A stretch of DNA of 64,000 nt from Tetramitus jugosus. Lineage: Eukaryota; Protista; Heterolobosea. The stretch spans positions 62,001 through 126,000 of the forward strand of contig OW569373.1 in the NCBI GenBank assembly GCA_937625935.1. Direction: 5' to 3'. The translations under genes were made by a program, and so were the position numbers. Every line of letters starts with the position of its first letter. Position 1 is the stretch's first letter. Below, one piece after another: positions 1-9,609 of this stretch. Under the pieces are notes generated by a model. The model was not told the origin of the DNA. It made no database searches and was given only the letters and a program-made list of their open reading frames with translations.

Positions 1-2
1 AT

Positions 3-188
3 GTTGCAGAACTAAAGGTTTTGGACTTGACTGTGGGAGATGATAATGACAACAAATGTGTTGTTGTATGGACTGCTCAATGCAAGGTTGCGTCTGACAA
101 GGATAAACAAGTTGTTCAGGGTGCAGTCACTGGTCTGTTCCAGACATCTCTAGTCAACTTGAAGGGCAAACTTCAATCTAATCATTAA
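3..188 (+). CDS. 3' end of a probable SRPBCC/polyketide-cyclase-like (START-fold) protein, 5'-truncated by the window
   Basis: Frame 3 is open from base 3 to TAA at 186-188: VAELKVLDLTVGDDNDNKCVVVWTAQCKVASDKDKQVVQGAVTGLFQTSLVNLKGKLQSNH. The strand-strand-C-terminal helix pattern (CxVxW...G.F...L..LK) is typical of SRPBCC proteins. Confidence 0.45.
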   Translation, partial: VAELKVLDLTVGDDNDNKCVVVWTAQCKVASDKDKQVVQGAVTGLFQTSLVNLKGKLQSNH

Positions 189-1464
189 ATGGGAAATCTT
201 CTTCTTCTCGAAGCTCGATTTTATTCTAGTTCAATGTTGAACTCTCAAATTCGAAAACACTGTGACAGTAAGTGTTGTGTTTGAATGGTGAGTTCTTGCT
301 TCAAGAATGCTAGTCCATGTCCGTAGTGTAGGAGGATGCTGTTAGGTTAGAAGTGTTGTTGTTACCAAAGAAGGAGTTGGAGTATTGAAGTTCCCCAAGA
401 TAAAATTGGTCTCTTGGCCAGAAATGATTGCTGTGCCGAACAAGTAATGATTGCCTCAATAGCGATCGTCACTCGCTATCCTCCAACGGATGGAAAAGGC
501 AATGGTCGATCAAACATGACAACAAGCAAAGGAAAATCATCCAAGAATGAATACATTTTTATTGTTTCAATAATTTTTGCCAAGAGATGGTCACTTCACA
601 TACTTTCTTCTCCACGCACTATGCAGCCTGAGAGCTATTGACTTTGTAAGCTAGGAAAACAATTGTTTTCGTTCATTTCTTGAGAAGCTTGTTAAACAAA
701 TTCAATTGTCATGACATCTCAGCGAATCCTTCAACTTCCGCGACTTTTGCAAGCCGGTAACTGACAAAAATACAACCACATGAGCATGCACGAACGAATA
801 ACCTCCATTCACTTGGCCGTCAATTTCTTTTCTTTCACTCTCATGGATGAATTTTCTGCCCTGGAACACTTCAGCGATCTTTCATGACAATTGGCGTTGT
901 GTTGTGTACAAGCTGGGGTGATTGACGACATCAATAAACGTCAACTGCCTGCATTTTCGTTGGTTGTTTCGAAAGGAAAACAATTGGACTCTTCGCCCAA
1001 AAGTCTATCCATCGTTCTGGATGTGTAGAGTGCTAACATCATCGCCAACGCGTGTATCGAAATGGTCAAGATCCATCAATGTTGGATAGCACCCTTCATC
1101 ATCCCTGTCAGAACAAACAGGGACTTCATTGCCCTGTTTAGTTGAGAGAAACCCGACTGGTTTGAAACAGTTAGAAATGGTTCTTTATTGAGAATTACGC
1201 CGGCAAACATTTCCACATCTTTGGGCAACCTCACCGAATTTGGAAAATTATTCTTGATATTCGCCATTGATGGATGTTCGGAGAAGATGTACGGTATAAG
1301 GAGCATTATGTATCATCAGAGTACATACTCTATCCGTTACGACATCGACAAAGTACTCACGACTTGTCAGGAGGGTAACCGGGGAATATTTTGTGACACA
1401 ACAGAGAGAGAGAAGAAGATTCTAGAGAAACACCCAAGCTACAAACACTACTTGTCTCATCACC

Positions 1465-4400
1465 ATGGTCTCAAGTCGAAGAAAAAGTGTTGTTGAAGGT
1501 GATGATCACAATGTCAAAGGAAGGAACAAGAACAACAAGAGCAACAAGAACAACAATTCGTCCTCCATTACGCGTAAACCATTCATCCAAGTTGTACAGG
1601 AATGGACAGCCTCCATGGATCAGAAATTGGAGTCAAGTAGGACTCAACAGTTTCAGAACAATTCTACTGCGGCACCCAAGATGAATTCAGTTGTGGATGA
1701 ACGATCCTTTGAAGAAGTATTGGATCTATTGAACAAGCAAGACACACTGAATGCGAAACTGTTGTTTGCTTGTAGAAACGGCAGTGATGCTGTGTCTCTT
1801 CAGTTACTGAGTCACGTCATTGAGACGTCGAGTAGCGAAAACAGTTTGTTTTCCATATCTTCAGTAGGTAAGATTAAGGATAAGGACAACTCCAATTGCT
1901 CCCTCTTGCACATTTGTGCACAGAGAAACAAGACACTGTGCATGGAGTTTTTATTGTCGCTCAAAATGTCGGTCGATGAGCTCGATTCACTGTCTTCCAC
2001 ACCGCTGCACTATGCTGTGGCTCAGAACTGTCATGAATCAGTTCTGTTTCTCTTGAACAAGGGTGCAAACATCAATGCAAAAGACTCCTATTCCAAGTTT
2101 CCTCTGCTCATTGCACTCAAACACAAGCATTATGCTCTAGCAGAGTTGATGGCTATGTTTCGGCCCGATGTCCATCTGAGGTTATCCAAAGGCAATTCCA
2201 TATTGCACGTGATGGTCGAGGAAGGTGATTTGACTGCAGTGAAATTTCTGGTTGAAAAGTTGAATGCTTCTCCGCTGAGAAAGAACAATGAAGAAGAGAA
2301 TGTACTGTATAACGCTCTGCCTCATTTTGATATTGTTCAATACCTGGCAGTCCAATTTTCTCAAAAGGGTTTGGATCGCTTGCTCTCTAACACTAACACC
2401 TCTGGCAAGAACATTTGGCACCGGTGTGGAACTGATGGACACATTGACAATGTGTTGTTGCTCTTCAAGCACAATCGGGATTTCAACCAGAAACAGATTG
2501 AAGCTCTATTGAACACTGTGGACAAGATGGGAGATACACCACTGCTTCTCGCAGTGAAAAACGCCAGAAAGGAACTTGTAAGATTTTTAGTAGAGTGTGT
2601 GGAAGTTGAGTTGAATGAAGGAGACTCAAGTGGAACGACTGCTCTTCAAACAGCAGTCAATCTGTCGAATACGGATTTGATCAACACGCTCTCAAGGGCT
2701 GGTGCTTCTCTGAAAACAGTCAATAGAAACGATGAAGAGCCAGAAAAGAGTAACTACCTTACTTTCCTAACTAGCATGACCACGACGCTCGTACTCTTAT
2801 TTTCATTGATCTCCATTATTTGTATCATAACGATGGCTGGGATATCTCTGGGATTTTATGGCAGAACTCTCATAGAACAAACCAAGAGAGAAAGAGCTGA
2901 TGCCTTTCGAGAGGTTTACCAATATCTAAGTAGTCAAATAACACAACATACTTCTGTATCTCTCTCAGCTATCTCTGCCTTCCAAACAAGTGTAATTGAC
3001 ACAACTGGTTCTCTTCGGAAGGCTCAAGAATTTGGATTCAACATGCTCCGGACAACATATAATCAATCGGACATCACGATAGGTATTTTAGTTGGTTCTA
3101 GTACGGGAAATCAAGTTGGAGTGATTGCACCGCATCATGCTCCTGTCGAAATATACACGCTGTATGCCGATCAGTCCCTATTTGAGCACCACTTTGTTCC
3201 ATCTCTCTGGAGTCAGGATCTGAGTGTAATCCTGAATTCAACCACAGCTTCCTACAGCAATGCATCAGAATTTGACAAATTTGGATGGTTTTATCAAGTG
3301 GCATATGATTCACTTGAACCTTCTTGGACTCCGTCCTATGCACAAGTAGCTTTTCCAGGCTCTCTCTTTATTTCCTTCATAACTTCTGTGAGAGATCCAA
3401 CTACGAATCAAATGAAATTGTATATGAGAAGTGATGTATCAACAGAAGCTATCTCACTGTTCTTGAATCAGAAATCCATTGAACGGTCGAGCGAAATTGT
3501 TATTATTGAGCGATTAACTGGCCAATTAATTAGCACGAGTGATCCTAATTTTTTGATTTATACCAATGATGGCTCTACCATTATCAGGTTGGATGGAACT
3601 ACTGGCGACAATGAAGTCATCAAGAAAATGCTGAGCTATTCCAGGTCAAAATACGGTCTCCAACTGGAGAGGATGGGATCGGCGGCTTATGGAATGTTTG
3701 CGCATCAACGGAAACAATATCTGCTTAACATTGGGGAGCTAACGGATCAGTACGGTTTGGATTGGATCATATTGCAAGCTATACCGAGAGCTGTCTTCTT
3801 TAGAGATTTCAATATTGGTGTTGGAACCTTGGTTGGCCTAACATTTGTATTGCTCATCTTGGGAGCAATCATATCTGTTGTGGCGTCTTTATTTTTTATG
3901 GCTCCATTGAAGAAGTTGTCAGCACTGGCCGAGACTATCAAATTGCTGCAATTAGAAGAAGTCGAGAAAAAGTTGGCTCAAGATCGTTCATTCTTTTCAG
4001 AGATAAGAACTCTACAGAGTTCATTCAGTTCAATGTCTACCAGATTGAAACAGTTTAGACAATTTATTCCAGAACACATTTTAGCGGTGATCGAAACAGA
4101 GGTAGCTCACAAGGAGATTCTTAAACAAGAGACTCAAACTGCTTCGATCAAGAAGGGTTCAATCAAGGATTTATCCCTTAAGAAAGGAGAAGTTGAGCTG
4201 AACACCATATCTGAGAGTTGTTCTGATACCCGTCGCTCTTTTTCCGGAAGTTATCGTTCAAAAGGTATGGTGACTAATGCACTCACGTCTGGTTTGGTCT
4301 GTGGAACAGTGTCTGTGATGAGGATAAAGTTCGACAATATGGCAGACATCCTGGAATCATACTCGAGTGCAGATGTCAATGAATCTGTGAATGATCTACT

Positions 4401-5055
4401 AACGGCAATTAAGGACAAAGTGAAAGAATCAAATGCCCAATTGGTGTCTCACACCCACTCCCATGCAGTCATCGTTTGGAACACCTTCATCGCTCAATCA
4501 GACCACCGAATCAGAGCGGTAAAAACTGCTCTTGGCTGTCAGAAAGCTGTCCTAGGTTTGCATGAGAGTTGGGGCACGAAAGGTTTGCCACTTTTGGACA
4601 TTCAAATCGGATTGAGTTCTGGTCCATCATTCTACGGAAACATTGGCTCAGAAGCAACCAAAATATTTACTGTGATTGGGAGAGCAGAAACTGAATCCGA
4701 CACTGCATGTCATTTGAATGAGACTTGGGGTACAAGAATTTTGGTGACGCACGATATCTATCAAGCCATGAAAGATTCCTTCTACTTACGTCCTATAGAC
4801 ACAATATCGAATGATCTGTCCATCTATGAACTGGGAGAAGCCAGAAACACAGATGACTGGACCCAGGAGTTGTCACAGGACGTAGTGAAGGAAAATGATA
4901 CTTGGTTCGAGTACTCAAAGGCTTTCACTTGTTTTGAACGAAGAGAATATGAGCAAGCATTCGTTATTTTCTCTGACTACTTGGTCCAGTATCCGCACGA
5001 TGTAGTGGCTCAGAAAATGGTCGATAAGGCAAGAGGAATGTTACCGCTAGAGTGA
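1465..5055 (+). CDS. Ankyrin-repeat / TM / Cache-like sensor / TM-HAMP / class III nucleotide cyclase-like receptor, probably catalytically dead
   Basis: 1196-aa ORF. Ankyrin repeats (TPLHYAV, TPLLLAV, TALQTAV). Two TM segments flank a sensor region with WTPSY and DWII motifs. HAMP-like PLKKLS...EIRTLQSSFSSM. Cyclase-like IGLSSG...GNIGS...FTVIG. Confidence 0.85.
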   Translation: MVSSRRKSVVEGDDHNVKGRNKNNKSNKNNNSSSITRKPFIQVVQEWTASMDQKLESSRTQQFQNNSTAAPKMNSVVDERSFEEVLDLLNKQDTLNAKLLFACRNGSDAVSLQLLSHVIETSSSENSLFSISSVGKIKDKDNSNCSLLHICAQRNKTLCMEFLLSLKMSVDELDSLSSTPLHYAVAQNCHESVLFLLNKGANINAKDSYSKFPLLIALKHKHYALAELMAMFRPDVHLRLSKGNSILHVMVEEGDLTAVKFLVEKLNASPLRKNNEEENVLYNALPHFDIVQYLAVQFSQKGLDRLLSNTNTSGKNIWHRCGTDGHIDNVLLLFKHNRDFNQKQIEALLNTVDKMGDTPLLLAVKNARKELVRFLVECVEVELNEGDSSGTTALQTAVNLSNTDLINTLSRAGASLKTVNRNDEEPEKSNYLTFLTSMTTTLVLLFSLISIICIITMAGISLGFYGRTLIEQTKRERADAFREVYQYLSSQITQHTSVSLSAISAFQTSVIDTTGSLRKAQEFGFNMLRTTYNQSDITIGILVGSSTGNQVGVIAPHHAPVEIYTLYADQSLFEHHFVPSLWSQDLSVILNSTTASYSNASEFDKFGWFYQVAYDSLEPSWTPSYAQVAFPGSLFISFITSVRDPTTNQMKLYMRSDVSTEAISLFLNQKSIERSSEIVIIERLTGQLISTSDPNFLIYTNDGSTIIRLDGTTGDNEVIKKMLSYSRSKYGLQLERMGSAAYGMFAHQRKQYLLNIGELTDQYGLDWIILQAIPRAVFFRDFNIGVGTLVGLTFVLLILGAIISVVASLFFMAPLKKLSALAETIKLLQLEEVEKKLAQDRSFFSEIRTLQSSFSSMSTRLKQFRQFIPEHILAVIETEVAHKEILKQETQTASIKKGSIKDLSLKKGEVELNTISESCSDTRRSFSGSYRSKGMVTNALTSGLVCGTVSVMRIKFDNMADILESYSSADVNESVNDLLTAIKDKVKESNAQLVSHTHSHAVIVWNTFIAQSDHRIRAVKTALGCQKAVLGLHESWGTKGLPLLDIQIGLSSGPSFYGNIGSEATKIFTVIGRAETESDTACHLNETWGTRILVTHDIYQAMKDSFYLRPIDTISNDLSIYELGEARNTDDWTQELSQDVVKENDTWFEYSKAFTCFERREYEQAFVIFSDYLVQYPHDVVAQKMVDKARGMLPLE

Positions 5056-5459
5056 TTGATCTTCAATACGTTATTGAGTTCAACGAATGGATTTGTTCGA
5101 TACCTTCCTGGCCACAAAAAGCAAGTTTATAGTCATTCGGATTTGGAGTTTTTGCGCTACTGTCGGAGACACATGACTCACTGCACACACCAATTCTTCT
5201 CGTTGCGACCAAAATCGACTTGAAAGTCTTCTTAAAGAAGTTAAGAGCCAAGGATCAATCATGGAAGTTCAGCTCGAACACAGCAGAACTTGCATGATGT
5301 TATCAATTGTTGCATGCGTACGGCTTTGCACAACCCGATAAGAGCTGAAGTAAAAGTTAGTTCACCATTGACATCCAAAAAAATAAATCTTCTTTTGCTT
5401 TTATTATTACAAAACGTTTCTTTCTACGGCCTGTTTTTGCCATGGTGACAAAACGACAT

Positions 5460-5532
5460 CGCCCACCGAGGGGCTCGAACCCTCGACCACAAGGTTAAGA
5501 GCCTTGCGCTCTACCGACTGAGCTAGACGGGC
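5460..5532 (-). tRNA. tRNA-Lys(CTT)
   Basis: Reverse complement GCCCGTCTAGCTCAGTCGGTAGAGCGCAAGGCTCTTAACCTTGTGGTCGAGGGTTCGAGCCCCTCGGTGGGCG folds as a cloverleaf. Anticodon stem CAAGG/CCTTG, loop CTCTTAA, GTTCGA T-loop, no intron. Confidence 0.97.
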
Positions 5533-5574
5533 TACATATCTATTCCTAAAATAGCCATTCACGAATCGGACTAA

Positions 5575-5958
5575 TTACTTTGAGTCTCCGAACATCTTCT
5601 GCAAATAAAACTCGTCGATTGCCTGTCTTTCCTTCTTGTGAGGCTTCTTCGTGTTCGTATCTCCAGTCGGATAGTCAGACAACCACGATCTGTACTTTGC
5701 TTCACAATTCATTTGTTTCTCCATCCTAAACATTTGCCGATCAATTTCCTTGTGTGTGAGACCTCCAACTGTGCTGATCTTGCTGTCTGCTGCTGAGACA
5801 TCTTCATTGCAGCAACGACTCTTCACCTCAATGTTAAACTTTTTCCTGAGTCTTGTTTTCTTGTTCGTTTGCTCCTTTTCACTTGTTTTTGGGACGACGG
5901 GAGTCCGTCTCTTTGTTTTGCCTGCTCTGCACAGTCCTCCTCCAAAATATCTTGCCAT
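5575..5958 (-). CDS. Ribosomal protein eS30-like protein with C-terminal extension (paralogue A)
   Basis: 127 aa. N-terminal GGLCRAGKTKRRTPVVPK resembles eS30 GSLARAGKVxxQTPKV. Aligns end to end with the neighbouring paralogue. Confidence 0.7.
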   Translation of the reverse strand: MARYFGGGLCRAGKTKRRTPVVPKTSEKEQTNKKTRLRKKFNIEVKSRCCNEDVSAADSKISTVGGLTHKEIDRQMFRMEKQMNCEAKYRSWLSDYPTGDTNTKKPHKKERQAIDEFYLQKMFGDSK

Positions 5959-6193
5959 TGTCTTCTTGAGTGTTTTGCTTGTTGTCGTTGGTGCTTTGTC
6001 GTTTTGTTTACAAAATTATGGAAACGGATCAAGAACTAAATCTCTCGAACTTTGACTTCCAATTGATTTTACAACACCATGGAAAGTAAAAAATGCCTTA
6101 TTGGATTACGCGACGTCACACAAATTTTGGCAATTAACGTGCCAAAATATTTCCATCAGTTTCTTTGGCAGCTGGCTAAAATACATGGAGCTT

Positions 6194-6589
6194 TCACTGT
6201 GAATGACCGAATGTTGCCTGAAAGTAAAACTCATCAACCATTGGTCTCTCTTTCTTGTGTGGTTTCTTCGTATTTGTGTCCCCCTTGGAAGATCTCCATT
6301 CTCTGTTCCTGTCTTCACTGAGCAACTTCTTTTCTCTCATGAACGATTGCCGTTCGACATCCTTGAATGTGAGACCACCAACACCACCATCGACAGATGA
6401 TGGTAGTTGACTCACGTCCAATATCTCACCATGATGGTTGACACAGTGGCTCTTGACTTGAGTGTTAAACTTTTTTCGAAGTTTAGTTCTCTTGTTTTTC
6501 TGTTCCTTCTCACTTGTTTGTGGTACGCGTGGAGTGAGGTTCTTTGTCTTGCCTGCACGGGCCAAATATCCAGGTAGAAAAATTGCCAT
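6194..6589 (-). CDS. Ribosomal protein eS30-like protein with C-terminal extension (paralogue B)
   Basis: 131 aa. GYLARAGKTKNLTPRV matches the eS30 signature. Shares TSEKEQ, LRKKFN, VGGLT, GDTNTKKPHKKER and DEFY with paralogue A. Confidence 0.75.
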   Translation of the reverse strand: MAIFLPGYLARAGKTKNLTPRVPQTSEKEQKNKRTKLRKKFNTQVKSHCVNHHGEILDVSQLPSSVDGGVGGLTFKDVERQSFMREKKLLSEDRNREWRSSKGDTNTKKPHKKERPMVDEFYFQATFGHSQ

Positions 6590-6786
6590 TCCCCAGGTGA
6601 GATCCTTGTTGGTTTCTTTTATTGTGTTGTTGAGACCGCTTCCAGTTCTTCTTTGCCAACTATTTTTTGACCGTTTTCCTCAAAGAACTGGAACTTGCTC
6701 AACTTCACCAATGAGATGTGAGAAACAATAATCAAACAACACCAAAAACGACAACCAACAAGACAACACCAACCATCACCAACATC

Positions 6787-9468
6787 ATGAACTCAACAAA
6801 AAGAAGAAGACAAATTGCTCAAGACGACGATGACGATGGCAACGACAATGATCACCACCACAACCATCGTTCCAACAATAACAACAATAACAACAATCAT
6901 AGTAACAACAACAACAACAACAACAATAGCAATAATAATAGCAACAGTCATATGAATGTTAGCTTCAATAATGGAATATCAGAATATGATCTCCACAATG
7001 ACCCAAACATACCACCCTATTGGCATCACTACTTTTCAGGTCAACTCTACGATTTGGACATTGAAAATAACAACAATACGAATCATAGTGATGATAGTGA
7101 TGATGAAAATAATCATGGTCATGGTCATCATCATCATCATGCAAGTGATCCATCATTGGATGTGACGCGATACAAGAGACATTTTATCCATTGTATGGTG
7201 AGTCATTTTAGAAGCAATAGTGCTGCTTCACTCTCTTTCGCAAGTAAAAAAAATGGTGCTCGTGCACAAGAAAAAAATAAAAGTGAAGAAAAGAATGGTG
7301 GCGGAGGCGGAGGCGGAGTATTGTATACATTGAAGCAAATGGGTCGTGAAACAGTGTTGAATGTCAATTTGGATGATGTGAAAAAGGATTATGCGAGTAT
7401 TCATCGACAATTGGAACTCTATCCAGAGTGTACCATTGCTTGTATGGGTTTTGCAGCGCACAAGGTGTTTTTTGGTGAAACGTTGGCGAATGCCATCAAT
7501 ATTCGACTGTATCAATTCTATAGTTCCATACCGATCAAGCATCTCAAGGCATCTTCTGTCGGTCGGTTTGTCAAGCTCAAGGGAACAGTTGCTCGTGTGA
7601 GCAATATTAAGCCAGTGTTAACTCGGATGAGATTTGCTTGTACAAAGTGTAATTCATCTCAGATTGTGTTCTTTCAGGATGGAAAGTATGTAGAGCCTGT
7701 TCGTTGTGTGAATCGATCGTGTCGTAGTAGGCGATTCAATCCAGATCGTTCGACTGCAGTGACGGTCGATTGGCAAAAGATTCGTATACAGGAGATTGTG
7801 GAGGATGATATGAATCATGAGGCGGGAAGGATACCGCGGAATTTGGATATTGAAGTGACAAAGGATCTGGTGGAGTCTTGTGTCCCAGGTGATCAGATTG
7901 TAGTGAGTGGATTAGTAAAGATGATAGCGGCGGATCAACACGCTGAACGGTACTCGAATTCGAGGTCCAAGAACACTAAAGCCATGTACTTCATTTATTT
8001 GGACGGGAATTCCATTTCGAACAACAAGGAGGTACAAAAAGGTCACATGGATCTCACTCAGTTCAATCTAAAGGACTTGAAATTTATTCAGGATGTATCA
8101 CAAGAGAAGGATCTGTTCCATTTGATTGTCAATTCGTTGTGTCCTGCCATTTTTGGTCATGAAATGGTGAAAGCCGGTTTGTGTCTCGGACTGTTCGGTG
8201 GTGTTCAAAAGTATACAAACGAAAAGGAAAAGATGGCAGTGAGAGGTGATCCTCACTTGTTAGTGGTTGGTGATCCAGGTCTCGGAAAGAGTCAGCTGTT
8301 AACAGCAGTGTCTCATGTAGCTCCTAGAGGCGTGTATGTCTGTGGAAATACGACGACTGCATCTGGTTTGACAGTCACAGTGGTAAGAGATGTATCCAGT
8401 GGTGATTATTCGCTGGAGGCAGGTGCACTGGTTCTGGCTGATCAGGGAACATGCTGTATTGATGAGTTTGATAAGATGAAACATGAACATCAAGCACTTC
8501 TTGAAGCGATGGAACAACAGAGCATTTCTATTGCCAAAGCTGGTATTGTGTGTAACTTACCAGCGAGGTGCTCGGTCATTGCTGCTGCCAATCCTGTAGG
8601 TGGCCACTACAACAGAGCCAAGACCGTAAGTGAAAATTTGAAGATTTCCCCTGCACTGCTCTCTCGTTTCGATCTCATCTTTATTCTGTTGGATCGACCT
8701 GATAGAAAGCGAGATGAATTGCTGTCGAACCACGTGATGAATCTCCATAATGGTTTCAACAATGACAGTGGAGCAAAGAAGAGTGCAGACTTCTCCAATC
8801 ATCAAGCATACTCTCAATATAGTCACGACCGTGTGGCAGCCATGATGAGAACACAAGCTGCCAATACACAGTTGGATGGTGGAATGAAACTTCGACTCAA
8901 GGAATATCTACGACCTGGAAAACGATTCGTACCCATGCCTGGACCACTTTTGAGAAAGTACATTGCCTACGTACGAAAGTATGTTCATCCAACACTCAGC
9001 AATGATGCAAAACAAGTACTACAATCATATTACTTAAAACTGAGACAACAGTACCACACGTCAGACTCTACACCTATTACGACTCGTCAGTTGGAATCCC
9101 TCATCCGACTTGCTCAAGCCAGAGCAAAAATTGAGTTGCGGGATAAGGTGACAGAACAGGATGCATTAGATGTAATTGAGATTATGAGTGAATCGTTGTA
9201 TGATGTATTGACTGATGAAACAGGACAGGTTGATCTTTCTAGAAATAGTGGATACAGCAAGTTGAAGGGCATGAAGGGATTTATTGTAAAATTGCAGGAA
9301 ATATCATCTGTCACAGGCAAGGATTCGTTCACAGTGGACGAACTTCGACGACATGCCGACACAGTACAAATGAGTGACAAATTTGAAGAACTACTGTACA
9401 AAGCAAACCACATTGGATACTTGTTGAAGCAGGCTGATCGGTCGTACAAGTTTACAGCAACCAAATAG
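6787..9468 (+). CDS. MCM8: MCM8 DNA helicase
   Basis: MCM Zn finger (CTKC...CVNRSC), Walker A GDPGLGKSQ (MCM8-type), Walker B CCIDEFDKM, SRFD arginine finger, ITTRQLESLIRL. First in-frame ATG at 6787 (the ORF track starts at GTG 6718). Confidence 0.92.
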   Translation: MNSTKRRRQIAQDDDDDGNDNDHHHNHRSNNNNNNNNHSNNNNNNNNSNNNSNSHMNVSFNNGISEYDLHNDPNIPPYWHHYFSGQLYDLDIENNNNTNHSDDSDDENNHGHGHHHHHASDPSLDVTRYKRHFIHCMVSHFRSNSAASLSFASKKNGARAQEKNKSEEKNGGGGGGGVLYTLKQMGRETVLNVNLDDVKKDYASIHRQLELYPECTIACMGFAAHKVFFGETLANAINIRLYQFYSSIPIKHLKASSVGRFVKLKGTVARVSNIKPVLTRMRFACTKCNSSQIVFFQDGKYVEPVRCVNRSCRSRRFNPDRSTAVTVDWQKIRIQEIVEDDMNHEAGRIPRNLDIEVTKDLVESCVPGDQIVVSGLVKMIAADQHAERYSNSRSKNTKAMYFIYLDGNSISNNKEVQKGHMDLTQFNLKDLKFIQDVSQEKDLFHLIVNSLCPAIFGHEMVKAGLCLGLFGGVQKYTNEKEKMAVRGDPHLLVVGDPGLGKSQLLTAVSHVAPRGVYVCGNTTTASGLTVTVVRDVSSGDYSLEAGALVLADQGTCCIDEFDKMKHEHQALLEAMEQQSISIAKAGIVCNLPARCSVIAAANPVGGHYNRAKTVSENLKISPALLSRFDLIFILLDRPDRKRDELLSNHVMNLHNGFNNDSGAKKSADFSNHQAYSQYSHDRVAAMMRTQAANTQLDGGMKLRLKEYLRPGKRFVPMPGPLLRKYIAYVRKYVHPTLSNDAKQVLQSYYLKLRQQYHTSDSTPITTRQLESLIRLAQARAKIELRDKVTEQDALDVIEIMSESLYDVLTDETGQVDLSRNSGYSKLKGMKGFIVKLQEISSVTGKDSFTVDELRRHADTVQMSDKFEELLYKANHIGYLLKQADRSYKFTATK
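6862..6950 (+). repeat. (AAC/AAT)n poly-Asn coding microsatellite in the MCM8 N-terminus
   Basis: Runs of aacaacaat encoding NNNNNNNHSNNNNNNNN. Confidence 0.85.
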
Positions 9469-9609
9469 AGACTAGGGGTTGTCCCTTATTGTACAAATAC
9501 CAAAAATACACTTGGAAATCGTTCTTTTTTCGTGTGTTACGTGAAGATCAGAGACTCTTTCACGCATGATTGCACACTATCTATCGAGAGAGTAATACAA
9601 CCAAAGAAA

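Noticed and set aside
189-1464. Short ORFs and coding-looking fragments upstream of the cyclase-like gene
   Set aside because: Frequent stops in all frames and no identifiable family. It may be a decayed gene, but the sequence does not support a call.
5460-5532. Functional link between tRNA-Lys and the Rnl1-type ligase, by analogy with T4/PrrC
   Set aside because: They are 55 kb apart, and PrrC targets tRNA-Lys(UUU) whereas this is the CTT isoacceptor; coincidence is the simpler explanation.
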